Source: Eledone cirrhosa | Taxonomy: Eukaryota | Assembly (NCBI GenBank): GCA_964016885.1 | Contig: OZ024742.1 | Span: 115,444,001 to 115,508,000 of the forward strand | Length of the DNA stretch: 64,000 nucleotides | Direction: 5' to 3' | The notes under the pieces: model-generated | Told to the model about the DNA's origin: nothing | The model's database searches: none | What the model saw: the letters and a program-made list of their open reading frames with translations, nothing else | Shown: piece after piece, positions 53,580 to 64,000 of the stretch | Layout: every line of letters begins with the position of its first letter | How positions within the stretch are numbered: the first letter of the stretch is position 1 | Position numbers and translations under genes: made by a program

Positions 53580-54222
53580 GGGTGGATTGGCAGTATCGGT
53601 GGAGGGTCAGACGCCAAGCTTTCTAGCATAGTTACGCCCCTTTACGATCTGAGTTCAAATCCCGCCGAGGTTGACTTTGCCTTTCATCCTTACGGGTTCG
53701 ATAAAATAAAGTACCAGTAATGCACTGGGTAATTGCTGGCCTTGTGCCTAAAGTAGAAACAATTATTATTATTTGGCAGTAGCCGTAGAGGGTCGGACGC
53801 CATGCTTTTCAGCATAGTTACGTTCCTTTACAATCTGAGTTCAAATCCCGCCGAGGTTGACTTTGCCTTTGATCCTTACGGGGTTGATAAATCAAAGTAA
53901 CATTAATGCACTGGTAAATGCTGGCTTTGTGCCTAAAGTTGAAACAATTATTATTATTATTGCAAATAAATAAATAATAAAGAAATCATTAATTTTGTTG
54001 TTGTAGTGGTGGATTGGCAGTATCGGGAGAGGGTTCTGCACTATGCTTTGACGCATAGAGTTACGATCCTTGCCATTCTGATTTGAAATCCCGCCGAGGT
54101 TAACTTTGCCTTTCATCCTTACGGGTTCGATAAAATTAAGTACCAGTAATACACTGGGATAATTGCTGGTCTTGTGCCAAAATTAGTAACAATTATTATT
54201 GTTGTTGTTGTTATTATTATTA
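53580..54222 (+). mobile_element. Three SINE copies in tandem (53580-53771, 53772-53960, 54007-54222)
   Basis: Each has a B box and (ATT)n tail; the first is flanked by duplicated attattattatttggcagt. Confidence 0.92.
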
Positions 54223-54224
54223 TC

Positions 54225-55170
54225 ATTTATGAGCTCGTGAATTTGTCATTATTCTATTGTCAAACTGTGCTTTTCATATGCAATTTTATTATTGATTTGG
54301 AGATATAGTGCTCGGCTTACGTGTGAAGTGGTGCTCTTCTCTCCACATGTGTGCACTTTTGGGGCAAAATTGATGTTTTTCGCAAACACGCACCCAACAC
54401 TTTGAAAAAAATAACGAAACCAAACATTCAGACGCCAAAATTACGTACACAAAATGGAAGAGCGACATGTTTAATCAAGAAGACAGCCTTTGAGCAGCAG
54501 TGACAAAACCATATGTGGGAAACATTTAACTAGCAGCAGCCAAGCAAACATTTTGGTTTCCACATCCAGCACCACTCTTACTAAAACCAACAAAAATACA
54601 AACGCTACGACAAACGCCAACGCAACTTATACCAAGATAATCAACACCAGTATCAGCAGCAGATACAACAACGGCAACAGTAACTGCTGTAGAAGCAACA
54701 ACAACAATAACCCACATTTATCCCGTGCAGTGACTACTTATGAAATAGAATTCACACCATTGCCAATAATATATACCAATGTGAATGCTGCCATCACCAA
54801 CCCCGACTACACAGTCGACTACACAGACCACTAATTCGCGATCTGTGCGGGCGAAGTAAATAGACTTTATAGACAGAGACATGGCTACTGTAAGCTAAAC
54901 TCGTCGCTAAGGAAAAGCAAAGCTTACAGAAAATGGATTAGTGAATTAGTTATGAGGGTGTTGATTTAAGGCAGTCGTGAACGAAAAATGCTGGTTCTCC
55001 CCCAAAAAAGCGATTAGAATAAAGTCAATTCGGTTTAGTAAGGCTTTAACTATAGAGAAGAATGGAGCAGGTGGAGAATTAGTTAGAAAATTAGACGAGA
55101 CATTTAGTAAAAGCATAACATTTAAGTGATTGCGGAAAGGTTGGCTCTCGAACAATTCTTCCACACAAAG
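54225..55170 (+). mobile_element. Decayed, internally deleted Tx1/L1 copy
   Basis: 54810-55170 aligns with 40705-41065; preceded by a Thr/Asn-rich ORF1-like stretch and (ATT)n. Confidence 0.7.
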
Positions 55171-57199
55171 CTGTCCCCAAGTTTTCCATGTTCGAGATGA
55201 CGTGGTGAACCTCCGTCATTCATTACCTCCTGACCGTCTTGCTTTACTCCCATTCAAGCTGCGCCAAACAGGTGTTTCTACCATTCAATGTATTGTGGAT
55301 GGGTGAGGTCCCATTAGTCTCCTGCTGCCAGCGCACTTTATATCTGATTTTATGAGGAAACAGACCTATTTTTCCTGGTAAAATATGTTTTAAGGAATTG
55401 ATACAAAGACAAGCAGGAACCGACACATCAAAAGACTCATATTAAAAAGGGTGATTTTACGTGGTCTTATGTCACGCTAGATATATATATGCCAAATGTC
55501 CATCAATTCATACATTGACATCAAAATACTTGTATAAAAGATATAATATAATATAGGTAATGTAAAATACGGTAAAGTAATGGCTGGAATGTGTTTTATT
55601 TGCTCCATTTAAAGTAGAGATAAACAACATCAACAAATGAGATGCGACATCAACAGCTTTCCGTTTTTCATTACATCTGTCTACAGTCAAGTTCAAATAA
55701 CACCGAAGCCAACTTTGCTTTCAAACCATTTAAAGACAATACAGCATAGTGTAGGTCGATAATTGGATCGATAATTCTGAATTCGGGCCGTTTTCTTTTT
55801 CACCCGCTACTAGACATAGGATGATTTCAGACTTTAAAATCTAGTCGGCCCCATTTCTACTCATCTGGGAGTAACGCTGAATTTGATTATCCATCATGTC
55901 TTTAAAGAAAGTTTTTTAACAATTTCAGTTACATATTCTGGTATATATTGAAAAGAAAAAATGGTAAAAACTATAACTGCCATTGGTGGAAAAGTCTAAA
56001 AACAAATGTTAATAAGACGATTTGCTTCAGCTTAGTAAGTTTAATTTTCATTTGCAGAGTCATTCAATATAACGAGAAATGATTAATTGTATGAAATGCT
56101 TTATTTTCTCTTAGCTGATTATGAAAGCACATTATGGACTTAGAGGAAATGATAGGAATATAATTGACAAATCTTCATACCTTTTTATATATTCAGTAAA
56201 TGCAGACGATTCAATTCACTTGTAGCCTGATAATATTTGTTCTCGAAGATCATAAATAATTCTCAACGGCATGCTATTAAATTAATTAAAACCTCTTTGC
56301 TGTGTGATTAGAATTTAGATTTTCCATAATTTTCCTTCTAATGACAGCATCAGAAATATTCGAAAACATATGACGATATCAAAAATATACCTAAGATGGT
56401 TTTGGGGTCTGTTTGAGCGCGCGTTTAAGAATGCATGTCGATGTTTTTCAGTTGCAAATATATATATATATATATATAGTCGATTTGAAATTTTACACAC
56501 CTAAAATATACGCAGGGTTTTGGGGTTCAGTTATGATGAAAACTGTGTTACGGTGGAGCCGTTCCGTAAACAAGCCTTTCTACTCACGCGCAAGGACGAA
56601 TTTAAAGACAACAACTGTTACTTTAAGAAAAATGATCATATTTCTTGAAGAGTTACAATCAAAATCAAAGGTTGATAACTTCCCCAAAATAACGTAGGCT
56701 ATATTACATCACCGCATGTAGAGCAATGTACATGCACTTTGTTTTCAATCGAAGTGTATGCATAATATGTATGTCAAGTAAGAAGTAAGCTTTTGTGAAA
56801 CATTTTAAATGAACCCGTTACAGTGGAGAAAATCTCATATACCGTAAACTGTTCATATTTATAAAGTCAAGTGCGACAGCCCCCTTTGATAAACATTGTT
56901 TTAATCGTATCCACGAGTTTATTTAAGCAAGTTTGAATAGAATTATATGTGTATAACGTATGTATAATCCAACAAGATAATGAATTCCAAGAAAACATCA
57001 CTTTCATGTCCAAGGGACACCGTTGTAAATATAGAAATAGAAAAAAAAAGAAAAAATGTGGTTCCGCACTACATACCCATTTAACATAAGCATAAATGTA
57101 AAAGCTTATTAGACCTAATTGATAGGCACGGTCATCCACAACATAATTTATGTGAGGATAGCTTATTATTGCCCACCATGTATGTGATCCAAGATCACC

Positions 57200-57660
57200 G
57201 CAAAGAAAAACTATATGTAAATCCAAGATGCCCTTTAAGGAATCAAAATATGACCGCATATTACAACAAAATTGTAATGTAAAGACCCTTCGTCTACGAG
57301 GCAAAGATTAAATATAGAAACTCCAATCACCAAGGATCCAGTGAAACATATAATCGAGCGATGCAAGATCGCTTTCAACAACGTTTATACTCACTCTTCT
57401 CCTAGGTTAGGCATCTGGATATTAAAACTAGTACAACACTAACACAAAGTGTCTGAGAGCTAAAGGAAAAAGGAGTACCGCTTGAAATAACATAGAGGGG
57501 TCCCGAGGAATCCAAGCCATACCACAATTGAACTAAGATATACCCTCTCTACATCAACGAAAACTAGATTTTTGCAAGGAGTTTACTCACCAAACAGGTA
57601 TCATGATTCCAACACTGTGGAATTTAGACACTGTTTGCCTCAGAAATACAATCTACACTC
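57200..57660 (+). mobile_element. Decayed Penelope-like GIY-YIG fragment
   Basis: RCPL..LVYEAKI..RFQQRL..TSTTLTQSV*ELKEKG..SKPY pattern. Confidence 0.55.
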
Positions 57661-58229
57661 CAGCTGGAATCCCACACCCCAATGCAGATGCTCATCAAAC
57701 CTACTAAATCCTGCATGATTCTATTTGCTGTCACCTCACAGAAATGCACCTATGGCAGATCTCAAAGCGCACATACACGATACATGTAACATATCACAAA
57801 GAACCTCGCATCGTGGTGGGGTCAGGTAATAGTTGGTAGGAAAGATTTAGGAAAGATTCTTTTTTGTTTTAAAAGTTTATGATTTACAAAATTGCATTAC
57901 ACTATAGTTAACAACATGTATTCACCTAATACATTGATAAGAGTAGATTATGTTCGTCCAAAAGTATTCATTGTTTTTTACTGAATCTATTCGCGAACTA
58001 TGATGATTTTTCGTAAAGAAATATATTTTTCTTTCTTTAAATTTGTTATTGCACCTACCAAGAAGCCAGATTTAGAATGGCGCCTTCATTGTTCATTGGT
58101 GAGCATCACTATATCCGATACCTAAAGTCGGGCATAGATATTACATGTATGAAAAGTAATATAATCTAAGTAAACTCCCTAGTTATGGATCGATCATTGT
58201 TTCCCTCGGCCTTTTATCAGCGGATATCC

Positions 58230-58231
<2 letters not shown>

Positions 58232-58306
<75 letters not shown>

Positions 58307-58375
58307 TGTTCATGTGTGTATGTGTATGTGTGTATATAAACAAATAGATGTATATGTATATATATATATATATAG
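58232..58375. repeat. (TA)n-(GA)n-(TG/TA) compound microsatellite
   Basis: Seen directly. Confidence 0.9.
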
Positions 58376-58424
58376 TATCGCTAAAAAGCTTTCTCCGATA
58401 TTGTATTTATATATATATATATAG

Positions 58425-58600
58425 TAAATGGTTTCCTAGATTAGGCAAAAAGGGCAACAATTTGAGGGAAGGGTAATTCAAAAGCATCGATACCAATACA
58501 TGATAGTTGGTGGGAAAATGAAAGACAAATTTGACATCAGCAGGATTTGGACCCAGAACGTAAAGATGCTTTACTACACGCAATAAACCATTTTGTCGAA
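58425..58600 (-). mobile_element. Old diverged SINE
   Basis: Degenerate B box and central region on the minus strand. Confidence 0.55.
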
Positions 58601-58643
58601 TGCCCTTACGTTTCTTAATCATCATTAATAAATAATCACTTAC

Positions 58644-58778
58644 GTCATTCAGAGTAATTTGTTTTGGAGGATTCACTAAATCACTGATACACGAAAGCCA
58701 ATGTTCAACATTTACAGGGCATTTATGACTAGTGTCCACCCTGATAAATCCGGTCATTTGCAATGTGATTGTTCGAAT
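58644..58778 (-). CDS. Candidate 135-nt exon (IRTITLQMTGFIRVDTSHKCPVNVEHWLSCISDLVNPPKQITLND)
   Basis: ctaat branch-like motif, tgcccag acceptor, gtaagt donor, open only in phase 0, length a multiple of 3. Product not recognised. Confidence 0.3.
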
Positions 58779-60121
58779 CTGGGCAACAGATTAGTATAGA
58801 ATAAGAGAGGAAATAAACTTCCATCGTCCGGCTTCCAAACAATTCTTCTTTGACCAAATTATCAGCACGAGTTTTAATTAATCGCGATATACTCTATACT
58901 GCAATTATTGTGCATGGTATGTTGTGCCAACTAACCCGGAACAACATGAGAATCGAACTTGTTGAAAAGGTCTGATTACAAGTTAAATGAAAATGGAATA
59001 TAATACATGGATTGAAATACGAATCGTAGAACATTGATAAATAGGAAATAATTCATGAGTATTCTAGAAGATGAGACACTTTATATGGGCACATGCACAA
59101 ATTACTCTATGGCAAAAGCAGCTTTGAATGACACGCCATCAGTATATGTTTTCATATTCTGTCAGAAACAACGAAAGATAGTGAAATATATATATAAATA
59201 TAATGTTACACTAAATGTTTAAATCTTTCTTAATCAATTTCTCATGAATTCAAGATATGTTTCCATTATTTATGATTAAACAAAATATGACAAGGATTCT
59301 GTATTTCATCCTTGAAATTATTCTGAATATAACATGAAACTATATTTGATTATTGAAGACACATATATACATTGATATTGAAAATGATTGTATAACATAG
59401 ACACCACGCTCACCAATATCATTTGAAATAGGTATAGAATTGTTCAATATAATCTGAGCAATCTAATTGAAAAGTATACTACAGAAAACGTGTGCTAGTG
59501 TGGAAGTGAGAAATCCGAACAGCATTGTGAAAATCTGTAATAAATTATAGTTTTTACTTTATTCGCTTCAACGATATGTTTCATTGGTGGTTGGTTTCAG
59601 AGTTATTCAACTTTAAACGAACAATCTGTGCTATATATTATGGTCTTTTCAATTTTCGTATATGCTAATCTTCTTACAGAGAAAAAAATAAAACACCTAT
59701 TCTCACAGAACATCTTTCACTCAATATGTCTTATTGCGTACGTCATATGAAAAGGAATGTATCAGATGATTTCCCAAGACAATCTTGAATTTGCAATAGC
59801 TACCAATCAAAATGAGCCTCAAACATTCGTCAAACAAAATATGTATAAAGAGAAACGAACACTATCTTAAGTTCTCCCATACTTGGCAAAGAGAAATCTA
59901 AATTTTCCTTCTTTCTATAACAGAGGCAATCCTGGGAAATATTCAATTTAATGGAACTAATGAAGATTTTAATATGGAGGTACAATTAGTATAATAATGC
60001 ATTAAATGGATTTCCGACGGTTTTAACGGTGAACGTTCCAGTTTTTGAATCAACGGAAGGGCTAACATGTTGGATTTACGTGTAAGTGACTGAAATATCA
60101 CAGAGACGCTTACAAACTTAC

Positions 60122-60287
60122 GTAATTCGCAGTGGGAATCAACGGGAGTAAGTGTGTGAGGAATCTGATTTATATGTACAGTCTGTATGACGGGCTTCGA
60201 AACAGTTTTCGTTGCTTCAAGTCCACCCACGAAATCTGGATTGATCGCATCTTGACGAAGATGGCACGCAGATAATCGAAACCGAAA
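60122..60287 (-). CDS. Candidate 166-nt exon
   Basis: atttatgtag acceptor, gtaagt donor, one open frame (FRFRLSACHLRQDAINPDFVGGLEATK..). Confidence 0.25.
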
Positions 60288-60361
60288 CTACATAAATATG
60301 TAGCAAACGCTTTAATCATATAGCTATGATCCGTTGATATAATTTCGTGTTACATACTTAC

Positions 60362-60440
60362 ATGTAATAATTGAAGCACAAGACAATAATATAACGATTA
60401 CTGTTGTACACAGAAACAACGTTAAAGCTGTACATTAAGG
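60362..60440 (-). CDS. Candidate exon, possibly encoding a transmembrane helix
   Basis: tttccttcattcttttag acceptor and gtaagt donor; the frame LTLFLCTTVIVILLSCASIIT is open only from an alternative cag acceptor near 60427. Confidence 0.25.
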
Positions 60441-60687
60441 CTAAAAGAATGAAGGAAATTAAATACATACATTGTGTAATGTAATTATAGTGGCAATAGA
60501 AGCTACGATGAAATGTCGATATGTCATGATTGAGATAGTGGGAAAATAATATCTTCACGCAAAGACCTGTCCCCACACCAAAGGCATATGTGACCGGAGC
60601 TAATCCTGATTTCATTCCCATTAATTTATTCCAGAATACAAGACTCACTACCGGATTGGACACTAGCCCTCCAAATTAGTTTCAAAG

Positions 60688-60878
60688 TAATAAATGTTTC
60701 TACTTTTGGCACAAGGCCAGCAAATACCCAGTACATCACTGGTACTTTATTTTATCGACCCCGTAAGGATGAAAGGCAAAGTTGACCACGGCGGGATTTG
60801 AACTCAGAATGGAAACGGCCGTAACTCTATGCGCCAAAGCATGACGTCCGACCCTCTACCGATACTGCCAATCCACCT
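60688..60878 (-). mobile_element. Full-length SINE
   Basis: Reverse-complement family match with A and B boxes. Confidence 0.92.
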
Positions 60879-62265
60879 TGTTTTAGCTGAGGAAAATGGT
60901 TAAAGGAAAATGAAGATGATTGGTCACCATTTCTTGCAGCTGTGTGAGTACGCTAAAACTACGCACGACAAAGGTAGTTACATTCTGTGACGTGTCACAT
61001 CTATCATTTAAGTAACCTAGAAGGGAATTTGTCTTCAGACTGAAACAAGCCAGAATAAATACCGTGAGATATCCTGAGCGATATTATAACAAAACCATGA
61101 CCCCACGAATTCATTCTGGTGCTTTATTTCATCAATTAATATCATAGCCTAGGAAAATACACTTCGATGTATTTGAACACATTTTGCAGATAGACATAGC
61201 ACCTCACCCCAAGAGTGTCCTACTTCCTAATGATTTTCCCAAGTTGTTACGTATTTAATTTATGATAAGTATTTGTTCCTCCAGCAAAGCTACCGCTTTC
61301 AATATATTGATTATGGATAGCCCTGATTATCTAATGTGTTCTTGCAGGAGTTTCCCCTCTAGGATAAAAACAGATGAGCTCCATCAATTATTTCTAAAAT
61401 GTAGGAGGTGATACATCTTCACACAACCTGCTAGAAATCGTGATTCAATATCTATCAACACTCACACTGCTATGTTAGAGAATGAAGAGCACGCTGACAA
61501 CATGGAATTAAATACTCCATATTTGAGGTAAATGGATAGTGTACATGGATGGAATAACGTTAAGCCATGAATATAGAAATTCCTTTACATTTTTATCCCG
61601 AGGTTAGCACTGATCAAGCCCGTACACGTATAGTTTCGGACCTTATGGTGTAGAACTGAGTAGATATGATTGAATGGAAGGAATTGTGCGTCTTCTTAGA
61701 GGTTCCACTATCCAGTTGATACATTGATTTATTTATATACTGTTATATAATGTTTTTGTTTCGCCCCTGGATAGGAATGGTTGCATGATCATGTAATTAA
61801 ACGCATTCAATGTCGAAGGTTTAAAGGTAATTGGAACTACATTACATAATGTACCGTGTTATTGATTTAAGACGTTAGTGGGTGCTTTAGCTACTTCAAC
61901 TTCTATTTCTGTCTGGTCGAGATATTATATGAACAAAAATAACAATGATTGAGTGAGCAGGCCTATTAATTTTAAGAAAGATTAAAGAACTAGGATTAAA
62001 AGCATATTAAATGAAATAAAATAAATATTCGCCAAGGGAATTCTACATGATAGCGTATGTCATGTAGACTTAACCAATCACATCCACTCCAAAATAGATT
62101 CCAACGTCGCACCTGGCATATATAATGATGTGGTCCTTGATGAACAGCGTCTAAATATAAAGACTGGGTGTTCATGTCTGAAAGTAAATTTCTTCAGGTC
62201 TTATGAAGAAAAACCGGCCCAAGTCAATACAACAATAATAAAACAATGATAATAATAATAACAAC

Positions 62266-62267
<2 letters not shown>

Positions 62268-62301
<34 letters not shown>

Positions 62302-62343
62302 TGTTTCTACTTTAGGCACAAGGCCAGCAATTACCCAGTGCAA
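62268..62343 (-). mobile_element. SINE 3' fragment with (ATT)n tail
   Basis: tgcactgggtaattgctggccttgtgcctaaagtagaaacaattatt on the minus strand. Confidence 0.85.
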
Positions 62344-62357
62344 ATAATAATAATAAT

Positions 62358-64000
62358 GCTTTCTTTATTAACAACAAGGGTTTACATAAAGTAGACATTA
62401 AGGAAAGTACATGACAATAGAGGACGGTACAAATGGGCATGTCTGCGTGTAAAAAAAAACAGAGGATGTAATAAAAAAATTACAATGAAAAATTCCCTAA
62501 TAGGGGGGAGAATTCCGAGGGACATTTGTGGAGAAAGCCCATTAAAAGGACACAGTGACACTGACCACCAGGGCAAGTGCCCTCTCCCAGTTTTCCTCCT
62601 TTAATTTACAGGCACATACTCAGAGTAGCCCCATTCACTCGGGCCATACTTGCTTCTCTTACCCATCTTTCAACAAAATGCTGGGAAGAGAGCACTTCCC
62701 TTTCTACCCTGATTTTCCTTTTCAAATAAAATTTGAAAAAGTTAATTAGGGCATCACCGAAGAGGTAAGTGCTCGTCTTAAGCTCTTTCAAACGTGTCCA
62801 CCATACTATCTCTTTCGCCATGGCCACCAGACAGATAAACACTGCCTGCCCTTCCCGGATAAAGGAAGAGGGCGGGGCAATCCTCACATTGGACTCAACT
62901 GATAGCTGGATCCGTCCTACACGTGACAGCAGGTGTTCGACATAAACCCACAAGTCATCAATGCTCGGGAACTGGACGAGTGCGTGCAGGACGGTTTCGT
63001 CGCCCTGCGCGCATCTCGGACATGTCCGGCTGACGGCACCTCCATGCCTGTAGAGTTTATCCCGAACTGGCAAAGCTTCTCGGTAGCTCTGCCAGGCCAG
63101 GGATTTCTGGAAGCTGTCCATAGGCCCCGGCCCGAAAGTCCTTCCGAAGATATTGGCTAGTTGATTTTCGTCGAGGCCTACATTTTCTCCAAGTATTTCG
63201 TCGCTCTTCCCCTCGACTAATCCTCTATAGAACGCTAAGGTGGAGTTCCCACCGATCACATTGCCCGATTGGCCGAGGGCTGTGAGCGCCTGAAGAGATT
63301 CCAGTCTCCAAGCGCTCCCTCTCGGTCTTCCCTTGACCCAGGACTGCAGCTCCGTCAAGGAGACGAGCTGGGGAAAGACGTCTAGCAAACGGCGACCACA
63401 ACGGATCACCGTCGAGGAAGAGGTTGAGATGTCGTAGCTTGAGCGCGTGTCGGCGCAACATCAGCCACGGCATGCCCAACCCTCCACGTAGCGGGTGTTG
63501 ACAGCAGAAGGAACGCCTGACCATCGGAGCGCGTCCCTTCCACAAAAAGCGAAAGAGCAAACGCTCCAGCGCAGTCAGGCGGGGCTGAGGACAAGGTACA
63601 ACGGTCAGGCGTTAGTAGATGACGGACGAGATGTACGCGTTAGCCACCTCCCCTCGACCTTTCAGTAATAGCTTCCTCTCCGCCCATTTCTGGGTGAGAG
63701 AAGCCACCCTGCTCGTCACCTCGTCCCAGTTCTTGTCCGTCTAGAGGTCCGGACCGTCCAGCGCCCGACGACGCTGTTGGGCGGCATAGACCTGCCTCCC
63801 CAGGTGCCGCGCATCAGGCCCACTGACTTTTCCTGGTTGATCATTGCTCCTGTCACCGCTTAGTATTCTCTTAGTGTAGTGCCGATCGCCTCGGTGTGTT
63901 TGGTGTTCGACACAACTACGGTGACATCGTCCGCATATGCTGACACGGATCTTCCGCATCCTAGTTCGCGCGGGACCCCCCTCAACGTTTTCAGTTTGTG
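62358..64000 (-). mobile_element. Tx1/L1 LINE 3' part (continues beyond window)
   Basis: ORFs 63225..63560 and 62606..63409 closely match 42374..43426; AYADD motif near 63930; (ATT)n tail. Confidence 0.93.

Noticed and set aside
58077-61370. Plus-strand spliced mini-gene model (MAPSLFI-EAILGNIQF..-LCEYAK..)
   Set aside because: Splice sites were chosen post hoc, there is no recognisable homology, and the last exon overlaps what looks like an old repeat.

Overview
AT-rich, repeat-dominated eukaryotic DNA. The tRNA-derived SINE family and repeat mix suggest an octopod cephalopod, but this is recalled resemblance, not a database result. No complete host gene is recognisable. The window holds: about 16 copies of one SINE with an (ATT)n tail; Tx1/L1-clade LINEs (one full-length degenerate copy at 37.8-43.7 kb plus fragments); R4/Dong-clade LINEs with a restriction-like endonuclease (one near-intact copy at 45.2-49.2 kb with a single in-frame stop and a candidate 5' HDV-like ribozyme); several Penelope-like elements (RT, GIY-YIG) sitting in (TA)n arrays with hammerhead ribozyme motifs; and an internally deleted mariner. 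The most striking organisation is a strand-polarised nest at (ATT)n arrays: SINE and Tx1 carry (ATT)n tails on their sense strand and share a 3' motif, while Dong elements insert into the same arrays in the opposite orientation. Fold-back palindromes occur at several scales (41, 56 and about 530 bp arms). A few GT-AG-bounded candidate exons exist but could not be assembled into a gene.
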